The notes under the pieces: generated by a model
What the model saw: the letters and a program-made list of their open reading frames with translations, nothing else
Databases searched by the model: none
Told to the model about the DNA's origin: nothing
Assembly (NCBI GenBank): GCA_964016885.1
Contig: OZ024742.1
Location: 319,734,001 to 319,798,000, forward strand
Source: Eledone cirrhosa
Taxonomy: Eukaryota
DNA length: 64,000 bases
Direction of reading: 5' to 3'
Program-made: the position numbers and the translations under genes
Shown: piece by piece, positions 37,001 to 49,200 of the stretch
Layout: each line of letters begins with the position of its first letter
How positions within the stretch are numbered: the first letter of the stretch is position 1

Positions 37001-38251
37001 TCAAACCCACCGACTCCCACTCCTTCCTCGACTTCACCTCCTCCCACCCTACACACACAAAACACTCTATTCGCTACTCCCAACTTCTCAGGATCCGCCG
37101 CCTCTGTAGCCGAGATACTGACTTTGAGTCTCAGGCCCTTTCCCTAGTCAGCCCTTTCATCCGCAGAGGTCCCCCACCCCACACACCCTCCTCCCTCCCT
37201 CGTCCACACACACACACACACATCCCACTAACACCTCTACTAATACACCCCCTCCCCCCGCACGACCCCCTCATCACTCCACCTTTCACACCTACCCATC
37301 CTCTCCCCTGTCCACCGCACCTCCGCACACACTGCCACACTGACTTTCTCCACCTGCCATTCTCCCCTACTGCTGCTATGCCCTGACCCTCTGACTACCT
37401 CTCCGCACACACAGGCACACAACCCTCCTCCTGCCTTGACCCTCTGACCACTTCCTGTTGCGCGCGCACCCCACATCTCCCTTCTTCCGACCAACCCAAC
37501 CACGAATAAAACACCTTGGACCTCGCTCCCACGAATCAACTCCATCACAAAGAAAATATCTGGCATCCCACCACATCCTCTACGGAACTACCTTAGGAAC
37601 TTACCCACGGACATACACTCACAAAAAATGTTTTTCCCACACGCCACCTACATCCACAATACGTATAAACACCACACACACGTGCGTACCCCCACATATT
37701 TACACACTCACCCTCCGGCCCCCCTCCCCACCCCTCTCCATCCACACACGCACACACACCCCGATCTACACCCCCACGCCACAGACACCTTTTCCTGAAC
37801 ATGGAACCCCGTTCTTCCCCCAACTCTCACATACACACACACACATACACACGTACACCTACACACACAAACCACCTTCAGCCCTCCCCGCTCGGACACC
37901 CCCTCCCTCTCCCCACTCCACCCGCCACCACACGAACCACCTTCAGCCCTCCCCGCACGCCCCACACTCTTCCACCACTTCTTTATCTTCATGTTTATTT
38001 TTATTTTTATTATTATTTTTTCATATTTTTTTCATATTTATTTTCATTTGTACCACTTCCACCGTTTCCTCTCACCCCCTCTTTTCTAAATGATTCCTCC
38101 CCACTCCCCTACACACCCTTGGAACTCTCTTCCCACACACTTTTCGCCTGAAGAAGGGCTTATGCCGAAACGCTCCCCCCCCCACTCTCAAGAGCGTGAA
38201 ACTAATAAACCTTTGTTCGTACTGCCTCTCTGTTTTGTTCCCGTTCCATTT

Positions 38252-38257
<6 letters not shown>
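34014..38257 (+). mobile_element. Penelope-like element with direct pseudo-LTRs (34014-34800, 37482-38257); frameshifted RT, endonuclease largely lost
   Basis: IKPADKGGAVVVW, PKLHKPDNHGRPIVS, LDIKSLYTVIP, MGTRMGPNYANLF, RYIDD, FLDI, KPTDSHSFL; two roughly 780-bp direct repeats; flanked by (TA)n and (TC)n. Confidence 0.95.
34678..34711 (+). ncRNA. Minimal PLE-type hammerhead in the 5' pLTR (degenerate copy at 38145-38174)
   Basis: CTGAAGA-A-GGGC(TTAT)GCCC-GAAA-CG-TC; stem I only about 2 bp; the 3' pLTR copy has lost one C and the GUC triplet. Confidence 0.7.
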
Positions 38258-38298
<41 letters not shown>

Positions 38299-38304
38299 AC
38301 TCTC

Positions 38305-38432
<128 letters not shown>

Positions 38433-38520
38433 ATGTAGGAGGTGAGTTTTATTGTAGTACAATAAAGCAATGCAGATATCGGATAAGAAGCACTCTACAG
38501 TTTGTGGGACTGGAGTATGC

Positions 38521-38599
38521 ATAATATAAGATCAAAAGATGGTTAAAGGAGTTCAATATATATATATTGAACTCCTTTAACCATCTTTTGATCTTATAT

Positions 38600-38602
<3 letters not shown>
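38521..38602. repeat. Perfect 82-bp palindrome centred on a TA run
   Basis: ataatataagatcaaaagatggttaaaggagttcaatata-ta-tatattgaactcctttaaccatcttttgatcttatattat. Confidence 0.95.
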
Positions 38603-38632
<30 letters not shown>

Positions 38633-39158
38633 TCATATGTTCATATTCGCAACAACGCCGCACGCCATTTTCATTCACATATATTTTTTCCCCTCGCCGT
38701 GGTTCGTATTTTTTCTGTCACTTTACTGCTATCCTCTTTCTCTCTCCTCCTCCTCTCTCCTTTATCTCTTGCTTTCTTTCACCCACGCTGCTGGTAACAC
38801 ACTCTCGGCTGGCCTCTTCCTCACACTTTCACTCTCTCACTCTCTGCTACCACCCCTCTCTCACTTCCTCCCATCTGACCTGTGTGAAATTCTTTTCTCT
38901 CTCACTTTTCGCGTGGCTCGGACGTGTCTGCCTCTTCTCGTCATTTGATTTGTTCGGACTTAAGCCCACAAGATTCATTGATTTGTCTCTCTTTTCCTCT
39001 CTTTACGTTGCATTACTACCATGTTGTTTGTTTACTTTCCTCTGTCCCGGTAACTTAATTTAGTTATCGCTCGCACTGATTTTAGGTATCTAGTCTTTAA
39101 TGCGATAAACAGCAGACTACTGATGATGGACATTCCTGTTTCTCGGTCTATTTTCATA

Positions 39159-39192
<34 letters not shown>

Positions 39193-39206
39193 ATAACAAC
39201 AACAAA

Positions 39207-39239
<33 letters not shown>

Positions 39240-42200
39240 GTTTTCTTTATTAACCACAAGGGTTTACGTAAAGTAGACATTAAGGACAGTACAGGACAAT
39301 ACAGGTCGATACAAATGGGCATTTCTGCGTGTAAAAAAAAACCCAGAGGATGTAATAAAATAACAAAGAAAGATTCCCCAATAGGGGGGAGACTTCCGAG
39401 GGACATTTGTGGAGAAAGCTCATTAAAAGACCACAGTGACCCTGACCACCAGGGCAAGTGCCCTCTCCCAGTTTTCCACCTTTAATTTACAGACACATAC
39501 TCAGAGTAGGCCCATTCACTCGGGCCATACTTGCTTCTCTCACCCATCTTTCAACAAAATGCTGGGAAGAGAGCACTTCCCTCTCTACCCTGATTTTCCT
39601 TTTCAAATGAAATTTGAAAAAGTTAATCAGGGCATCACCGAAGAGGTAAGTGCTCGTCTTCAGCCCTTTCAAACGTGTCCACCATACTATCCCTTTCGCC
39701 ATGGCCACCAGACAGATAAAAACTGCCTGCCCTTCCCGGCTAAAGGAAGAGGGTGGGGCAATCCTCACGATGGACTCAGCTGATAGCAGTGACAGCAGGT
39801 TTTCGACATAAACCCACAAGTCAGCAATGCTCGGACACTGGACGAGTGCGTGCAGGACGGTTTCGTCGCCCTGCGCGCATCTCGGACATGCCCGGCTGAC
39901 GGCACCTCCATGCCTGTAGAGTTTATCCCGAACTGGCAAAGCTCCCCGGTAGCACTGCCAGGCCAGGGATTTCTGTAAGTTGTCCATAGGCCCCGGCCCG
40001 AAAGTCCTTCCGAAGAGATTGGCAAGTTGATTTTCGTCGACGCCTAGAGTTTCTCAAAGTACATCGTCGCTCTTCCTCTCCACTAATCCTCTATAGAACG
40101 CCAAGGTGGAGTTTCCACCGATCACATTGCCAGATTGGTCAAGGGCTATGAGCGCCTGAAATCATTCCAGTCTCCAAGCGCTCCCTCTCGGTCTTCGCTT
40201 GACCCAGGACTGCAGCTCCGTCAAGGAGACGAGCTGGGGAAAGACGTGTCTAGCAAACGGCGACCACACCTGATCACCGTCGAGGAAGAGGTTAAGATGC
40301 CGTATCCTGAGCGCGTGTATGCGCATCATCAGCCACGGCATGCCCAGCCCTCCACGTAGCGGGTGTTGACAGCAGATGGACCGCCTGACCATCGGAGCGC
40401 GTCCCTTCCACAAAAAGCGAAAGAGCAAACGCTCCAGCGCAGTCAGGCGGGGCTTAGGACAAGGTACGACGGTCAGGCGGTAGTAGATGACGGACGCGAT
40501 GTACGCGTTAGCCACCTCCGCTCGACCTTTCAGGGATAGCTTCCTCTCGGCCCATTTCTGGGTGAGAGAAGCCACCCTGCTCGTCACCTCGTCCCAGTTT
40601 TTGTCCATCTTGTGGTCCGAACAGAACCAGACCCTTAGCAATTTAACCGGTCCGTCCGTCCAGCGCCCGACGACGCTGTTGGACGGCATGGACCTGCCTC
40701 TCCAGGTACCGAGCTGCAGGCCCACTGACTTTTCCTGGTTGATCATTGCTCCTGTCAGCGCTTCGTATTCTCTTAGTGTAGTGCCGATCGCCTCGATGTG
40801 TTTGGCGTTCGACACCACTACGGTGACATCGTCCGCATATGCTGACACGGATCTTCCGCATCCTAGTTCGCGCGGGACCCCACTCAACGTCTCCAGTTTG
40901 TGCAGTAATGGCTCGAGAGTCAATACGTAGAAGAGGGACGAGAGAGGACATCCTTGGCGGACCGAGCGCATGATGTTGAACGGTTCCGAAAGGTGACCGT
41001 TCACTCTCACCACAGAGCAGATGTCGCTGTGCATGGCAGCGATCCAGCCTCTGAAGACGAGCCCAAAGCCAGCCGCCCTCAGGACTGCCGTTAGGTAACG
41101 ATGGTCGACCCTACCGAAGGCTTTCGACTGATCTAAATTTATCAAAGACCCACCCGTGCCAGGTTCCCTAGCTACCCTCTCTTCGATGTATCGCATGAGG
41201 TGGAAGTTGTCGTGGATGGAACTGTCGGGAATGGCGCATGTCTGCGCCTCTCCCACCAGACCACCAACGACAAGCGCCAACCTCTTTGCTAGCACCTTGG
41301 CCAAAATCTTGAATTCTGTGTTTAGCAGAGTTATGGGCCTGAAATTATCTATGTTATCCCCCTTGTTCGGATCCTTTCTCAGCAGCGCCACAGCTCATCG
41401 GCTCACAGAGCTGGGAATTCTCCCGACCTGTTGCTAGTTGCAGTAGACGTCCGCCAAGAGGCCTCCGAACAAGTCTGGCATATGTACGTAAAGTTCATAG
41501 GGCAGACCATCCAAACCAGACGTTTTACCCCTTGTGCAGCCAGTCATTGCCTCCCGTACTTCAGCGGCTGTAATCGGCTTTTCGCAACACTCCGCCTCAG
41601 TGGCCGAGAGCCGAGACAGTCCGTCGAGGTAGACACTAAAGTCCATCCCTCGATCCGGCCCGCCGCTGCCCCCGAACAGCTGTGCAAAGTGTCACTGAAA
41701 AGCTTCACACATTTGCCCGGGATCGAGTAGCATGCACCCGTCGTGGTCCACCAAAGACCGGATCCTGGCTTTGTTGCCACGACGCGCCCCCGCCACCCGG
41801 ACCCATTGAATGGCTTTCGTCCCCTCGTGTCTGAGAGCACGTACCCTAGCTCTGACAACGCAGCCTTCGTGCTTTGCATTGAAGAATTGGTCAAGGGCCA
41901 ATTTCGCCGCAAGGACGTCGGTCGCGATGTCTTTGCTAAGCGCTTCGTCTAATTTTCTAACTAGTTCTCCCTCTGCTCTATTTTTCTCTATAGCTAAAGC
42001 CTTACTAAACCTAATGGACTCTATTCTAATCGCCCTTTTCAGAGCAAACCACCACTTGTTGTTGACGATGGCCCCAGTCAACGCCTGCTTAACTAGTTCG
42101 CTAATCCGGTCTCTGTAGGCCTTGCGCGCTGGTAAGGACGCGTTTAGCTTCCAGTAGCCGGGTCCTCGTCTATGAAGCTTATCTAAGTCAAGCACACAGA

Positions 42201-44986
42201 TCACGAATTTGTAGTCCATGTAGCTGACTATCTTGAATTGTGGACAGCCTATGCCAGACCTATCTATTTCCCTACAAAATCCTCTATCTAGATATGATCT
42301 GGATGACCCTATGCGATTTGTCCAAGTTCACATTGGCACATTCGGGAATTTCCAATCGGTACCTGTCAGACAGTTCAAAACGCCTGAGCAGGTTGGTGAG
42401 GCTCTTGCAGCCTCCTCCCCTATCCGCTAATCCCACACAGTCCCAGCGTGCATCTAAGATCCCGTTCCAGTCGCCCACTAACACTAAAGAGCGGGACGTT
42501 CCAAGAAAGGTCTCCAGACATCGGAAAAATCAGGCCGCCCTGCTCCTGTCGGGGCATAGACGGCCACTAGCCTGAAAGCTTGCCCGTCTCCGCTGGTCAC
42601 GTCCAACACCACCAACTTACCTTCTGGGTCCAGGAAGATGGCCCGTATGGCGAGATCCAAACCTCTCCGAAAAAGCACAGCAACTCCTCCCCTCGACCAA
42701 GGACGGCTGGGAGATGCGTACACATCGTAGCCGCCGAAGATCGGTGCGAAGGCCCGTGCTTCGGAGATTATGGTCTCGCTGATGGCCACTACATCTATGT
42801 TTAGTGACCTGAGGTCGTTGAGCAGGTGGCCCTGCTTCCATGACGACCCCAAGCCACGCGCATTTATGCTGCCTATTCTGAGTGAGGTCATGTTGAAATG
42901 TAGTGGAAAAGATGGGAAAGACCACTTACCTTACTTCTCGTAGAGGAAGGATGGTTTCACCATCCTTTTCACTGCTTGTGGCCTCCTCCGGAAGGATGTC
43001 CTTATAAATCCTCCTGGAGAGTGCTTGTCGGAAGTCTCCGATGTCTTTGGGGAATTTTTGTTTTAGTGTCGTGTACGTTTTCTGTGTGATGCGAGTGATT
43101 TGTATGTGTGGAGGTCGTGTGAACTTTTGGGTTGTTGTGTAGTCTTTTTCTGTGATGTTGGTGTTGTGTTGGATGTAGTGTAACAATTGGTTGTTGTTCA
43201 AATTTAATGCTGTGTAGTGTGTATCGTTTTGGTTGTTTTGGTTTGTTTGCGTTTGTTGTGGGTTTGTTTCTGTTTCGCTTTTTGGTGACTTTTGTGGTGT
43301 TGGTTATGGTGGTGTTAGGGTTGATGATGGTGATGGTGTTGGTGTTTGAGGTGATAGGGTTGGTGATGCTGGTGTGGATGGTGGCATATCTGTCCTAACT
43401 TTTTTGTTTGATAGTTTATTTGTTTCCCTCTGTATTTTTCGTTTTTCCTGATACCGTTTCCCACTCCTCGTCGTCACAATCTGTCTCCAGTTGCGATATG
43501 TCGGGGAGTGGAAAATCCTCCACAGGCGTTGGTTTTGATTGTGGCGTGGTGGATGGTGTAGGCGCTGGTGCTAGTTCTGGCGCATCGGGTGGTGGTGGTG
43601 TTGGTTTTGCTACTGTTGCTGGGGTTGTTGCTGTTACAGTTGCTTCTGTTGTTGCTGCTACAGTTGTTGCTGCCATTTCTGCTGCTGGTGGTGTTGATGG
43701 TTGAGTCACTGCGGTGGGTAAGAGAGGTGGCCTCAACCTTTTAGCCTGAGGGCAGAAAGCCCTTAGGTGGGTTCCTTCACCACAAACGACACACCTAGGC
43801 CTTCTGCCCTCGACGATTACGGTGAGGTGGCTGCCATCAGTGAGGTATATTACCTCTGGGATCTCCTCAATGCTTTTTTGGTCCGCTTGGATCAGGAGCT
43901 CCATCCTAGATCCGGACCAGTTCTCCTGCTTTTCTTTCGCTATTTCGATTATCTTGGTGTTGGCCTCGATGCCGGCGAGGACGGCAACCAGGGAACGGTG
44001 GAACGTGGGTCACCCTGATCTTCACGAGTCTCTGGCCACAATGGGACGAGTGTGAAGTCGTCACTTCTTAATGGGGCCATGGAGTGTTCTCTGGCCTCCT
44101 GTGGTGTTTCAAAGAACACATCCACGGTTCCATATTTCTGCCCACGTCTGATGTGATTTTTTCTTGCCCACACATGTCCCAAAGCTTTTTGGATTTGGGA
44201 CTCGGATGCCCGTTCCACTCGACGCGATTTTATGTTAATCGTCCGATAAGACACGGTGCATAGGCGCCGATACTCCATTTAATTAGGTGGGGGGAGGCTG
44301 ACCCTGTACCCATCTTTCTTTACCATTCTTTTGGCTTCTTCTAATTCCTCCTGAGTTACCTGGATTGCTTCGCACTTTTTTGCTACTCTGGCAAAAGACA
44401 GGGTTTTCTTATTCTCATTGTTGCTGTTGTTGTTATCGTTATTTTTGTTATTGTTAATTTTAGTTTCAGTTGTGGTGGTAGTGGCGTCAGTGGTGTTCGG
44501 TGTGGAAGAGTTCATTTTGGGTGAATTCATTTCGATATCACGAGATAATTTATTTTTTTCTTTTGTTTCTGTTGTCGCTGTGGTGGTGGTGGGGGTGGCG
44601 GTTTCAACACCTGCAGTCATTGGTAATGGCGGGAAATGAATGACTGCCTGAGACAAATTTAAAATATTGCTACTGCTTATATTTTTAGTGTTGGCAAACG
44701 TAGTAATATTTACAATGGTGGTGTCGGTGTGAGGTGTTAGTTTGTGAGGAAGGCTCTCAGCTACTGGGTTCAGCTGTGAGTCGGCCATGATTTTTCCATT
44801 TTTTTTTTGATAATTATAAAAGTTTAAATTTTGGGCTCAAGGCACCAATCTTTTTGAGTGTCCTTTTCAGAAAACAATGTATGTGCACTTATATACAGTT
44901 AACAATAAACATTTTCCATAAATGGCAATTTTAAACAACAAACCTTTGCGGAGCTCACGATGATACGATTTACTACGTAGGTCGCC
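39207..44986 (-). mobile_element. Near full-length Tx1/L1-clade LINE (5' UTR, ORF1 with CCHC knuckle, ORF2 APE-RT-CCHC, ATT tail), frameshifted
   Basis: ORF1 from 44788 including CVVCGEGTHLRAFC; ORF2 ATG 42891 (IGSINARGL, SET, VYAP, GDWN); RT 40162-41391 with YADD; CPRC..HALVQC; ORF2 stop 39487; AATAAA plus (ATT)n. Confidence 0.96.
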
Positions 44987-47900
44987 AATAATAATAATAA
45001 TAATAATAATGGTTTCTTTATTGACCACAACGGCTGACACGAAGAAAAACATTAGAGACGGCACAGAACAGTACAGGACAATACAAAGTGGGTTTTGGTC
45101 GTGTAAATAGGTTATAACAAGATACAAATCGGGATAGAAATCAAAAAAATTCAAACAACAAAAATTCCCCAAAAGGGAGGAAACCTCCGAGGGTCACTCG
45201 TGGTGAAAACCACACGAAAGACCACGCCACCCTGACCACCAGGGCAAGTGCCCTCTCTCACTTTTCCCACTCCTCCATCTACAGACGCATACTCAGAGCG
45301 GGCCCGTTCAGACTCGCCACTTTCACCCACCTTTCAACAAACTTACTAGAAGCCAGCACTTGCCTCTCCACCCTGATTTTCCTCTTCAAGTGAAACTTGA
45401 AAAAGTTAATCAGGGATTGACCGAAGAGGAAAGTGTCCGTCTTCAACCCTTTCAACCTTGTCCACCACACAATCTCTTTCGCCATGGCCACCACGCAGAG
45501 GAAAACTGCCTGTTCATCCTCCTCTTTAAAGGAGGATGGCGCGGCTATCTGCACAATGGACTCAGTCGATAACCGGATCCGTCCTACATGCGATAGCAGC
45601 TGTTCGACATAGCTCCACAAGTCAGCAATCCTCGGGCACTGAACGAGTGCGTGCAGGACGGTTTCGTCTCCCTGCGCGCATCTCAGACAGGCTCGGCTGA
45701 CAGAACCTCCGTGCCTGTAGAGCTTATCTCGAACCGGCATCGCTCCCCGGTAGCACTGCCAGGGCAGGGATTTCTGGAAGTTGTCCATAGGCCCCGGTCT
45801 GAAAGTTCTCTTTAAGAGAGCGAACAGCTGATCGTCTTCGACGCCCAGGGTCTCCCCGAGAACGTCGTCGCTCTTTCCCTCCACTAACCCTCTATAGAAC
45901 GCCGAGGTGGATGTTCCACCGATACTAATGCCCAGCTGGTAGAGGGCGGTGAGCGCTTGGAGACTTTCCAGCTCCAAGCGCTATCCCTCGGTCTTTTCCT
46001 GATCCAGGACTGCAGCTCCGTCAAGGAAGCACCAGAGATGTCGCAGCCTCAGCGCATGTTTGCGCATCATCAGCCGCGGCATGCCTAGTCCTCCACACAA
46101 CGGGTGTTGACAGCAAATGGATCGTCTGACCATGGGAGCACGTCCCTTCCACAAAAAGCGGAAGAGAAGGCGCTCCATTTTGGTCAGAGTTGGGCGGAGG
46201 CAAGGTACGACGGTCAGGCGGTAGCTGATGACGGACGCTATCTACGCATTGGCCACCTCCACCCGAACCTTCAGAGACAGCCTCCTCTCGGCCCATTTCT
46301 GGGTGAGAGAGGCCACCCTTCCCGTCACCTCGTTCCAGTTTTTCTCCATCTGGAGGTCTGGACCGAACCAGACCCCGAGCAATTTAACTGGTCCTTCCGT
46401 CCAGCGCCCCATGACGCTGTCGGATGGCATGGACTTGCTTCTCCAGGTGCCCAACTGCAAGCCCACCGACTTTTCCTGGTTTATCTTTGCTCCTGTCACC
46501 GCTTCGTATTCCTTGAGAGCGGTGCCGAGCATCTGGACTGGTTTGGTGCTCGACACCACCACAGTGACGTCGTCGGCGTAAGCTGACACGGATCTCCCGC
46601 ATCCCAGTTTGCGTGGTGACCCCCCCTCATCGTCTCCAATTTGTGCAGCAACGGCTCGAGAGCCAGTACGTACAAGAGGGACGAGAGGGGGAAACGCTGG
46701 CGGACCGAGCGCATGATGCTGAAAGGCTGCAACAGGTGACCATTCACCCTCACAATCGAGCAGATGTCGCTGTGCATCGCAGCTTTCCAGCCCCTAAAAA
46801 CGGGCCCGAAGCCGGCCTCCTCGAGGACCGCAGCCAGGTACCGATGGTCGACCCTATCAAATGCTTTAGATTGATCCAAGTTGATCAGGGCCCTACCCAT
46901 GCCAGGTTCCTTAACCATCCTCTCTATGATTTATCGCATGAGATGGAGGTTGTCGTGGATGGATCTGTCCGGGATGGCGCATATCTGCGACTCTCCCACC
47001 AGATCCCCGACGGAAAGCGCCAATCTCTTTGCTAACACTTGGCCAAAATCTTAAACTCTGCGTTTAGCAAAGTTATGGGCCTGAAGTTGTCTATAACGTC
47101 CCCCTTGTTCGGGTCTTTTCTCAGCAGCGCCACCGCTCCTGGGAATGCTCCCGTTCTGCTGCCAATTGCAGTAGACATCTGCCAAGAGGTCACCGAACAA
47201 GTCTGGCATATACGCATAAAGCTCGTAGGGCAGACCATCCAAACCTGGCGATTTACCCCTCGTGCAGTATTTCACCTGCTGTTATCAGCTTTTCAAAGTA
47301 CTGCACTACGGTCGTCGAGAGCCGCGGCAGTCCGTCGAGGTATGCACCGAAGTCCATACTCCGATCCGGCCCGCCGCCGCTCTAGAACAATTGAGCAAAG
47401 TGCTGTTGAAAAGCCGCACACATCTGCTCGGGTTCGAGCAACATGCGCTGTTTTGATTAGGCAAAGACCGAATTGTTGCCATGTCGCGCCTCCACCACCC
47501 GGGCCCATTAGACGGCTTTCGTCCCCTCGTGTCTTAGAGGACGCGCTCTAGCTCTGACAACGCAGCCTTCATGCTTTGCATTGAAGAATTGGTCGAGTGC
47601 CAATCTCGCCGCAAGCACATCGGTTGCGATGCCTGTCCTAAACTCCTCTTCTAGCTTTCTAACTAACTCTCCCTCTACTCTATTTTCCTCTATCACTACT
47701 CCTTTGCTGAACCTTATCGATTCTACTCTAATAGCCCTTTTCAGGGTCAACGCACGCTTAACTAATTCGCTAATCCGGTCTCTGTAAGCTTTGCGCGCCG
47801 GGAACAACGCGTTCAGCTTCCAGTAGCGGGGCCCTTGCCTCTGGAGTCTATCTAAGTCAACTTCACAGATCACAAATGTGTGGTCCGTGTAGTCGACTAC

Positions 47901-48900
47901 TTTAAATTGTGGACAGCCTATACTAGCCTTATTTGTTTCCCTATAGAATACCCTATCTAAATATGATCTGGATGACCCGATGCGGTTTGTCCATGTCCAC
48001 ATTGGCACATTCGGATAATCCAGTCTATACCTGTCAGACGTCTGAGCAGGTTGTTAAGGCTTTTACACCATCCTGCTCTGTCTACTAGCTCCACATAATC
48101 CCAGCGTGCATCTAAAGAGCGGGACGTTCCAAGAAAGGTCTCTAGACGTCTAAAGAAATCTGGCCGTCCTGCCCCTGTTGGGGCGTAGACGGCTACTAGC
48201 CTGAAAGCATTGCCTTCGCTGCCGGTCACGTCCAGCACCACCGACTTACCTTCTGGGTCCAAGAAGATGCCCCGTATGGCGAGATCCAAGCCTCTCCGAA
48301 AAAGCACGGCAACCCCTCCTCCGATCCTCGATGGCTGGGAGATGCGTATACATCGTAGCCGCCGAAGATCGGTGCGAAGGCTCGTGCTTCGGAGATTCTG
48401 GTCTCGCTGATGGCCACCACATCTATGTTTAGTGACCTGAGGTCGTTGAGCAGGTGACCCTGCTTCCAAGATGACCCCAGGCCACGTACATTTATACTGC
48501 CTATTCTAAGTACGGCCATGTTGGATGAGAAGCGGGGTAAGTGAGAAAGGATCACTTTCATTGATCGTGTGGTGAAGGGACAGTAGAACCGTCATGGGTG
48601 TTTCCAAGAGGATGTCGGTGTATATCCACTTGGTAACCGAACCGCTGAAGTCTCCAGCTGCGTTGGGGAATTTTTGTTTTAGAAGTTTGTAATGTTCTAT
48701 TGAGATTTCAATGATGCTTATGTTTGTTGAGAGAGTTCTTGGTGTTGGTGGGGTGTAGTAGTTTTTTTCTGTGATGTCTGTGTGCTGCTTTATATGTTGT
48801 AGGAGTTCTTTATTTGCCATGTTTATGGCTGTGTACTTTTTGGAAGGAGGGACGATTTTGTTGCTGTTTTCTTGTTGTTGCTGTTGGGTAAGCTTTGCAA
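44987..48900 (-). mobile_element. Tx1/L1-clade LINE, second subfamily, truncated in the ORF1 region
   Basis: MAVLRIGSINVRGLG near 48519; RT pieces 47032-47275, 46496-46918, 46242-46589 (YADD); C-terminus 45279-45977; (ATT)n tail 44987-45010. Confidence 0.95.
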
Positions 48901-49200
48901 GTCAACAATGCTCGGACACTGGACGAGTGCGTGCAGGACGGTTTCGTCGCCCTGCGCGCATCTTGGGCATGCCCGGTTGACGGCACCTCCATACCTGTAG
49001 AGTTTATCCCGAACTGGCAAAGCTCCTCGGTAGCACTGCCAGGCAAGGGATTTCTTGAAGTTGTCCATAGGCCCCGGCCCGAAAGTTCTTCCGAAGAGAT
49101 TGGCTAGTTGATTTTCGTCGACGGCTAGTGTTTCCCCAAGTACGTCGTCGCTCTTCCCCTCCACTAATCCTCTATAGAACGCCAAGGTGGAGTTTCCACC
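48901..49200 (-). mobile_element. 300-bp internal Tx1 fragment (same subfamily as 39820-40120)
   Basis: AFYRGLVEGKSDDVLGETL..CPRCAQGDETVLHALVQCP; DNA closely matches 39820-40120. Confidence 0.9.

Noticed and set aside
39118-39156. CTGATGA followed by a possible stem II
   Set aside because: Truncated by (TA)n before any GAAA; incomplete.
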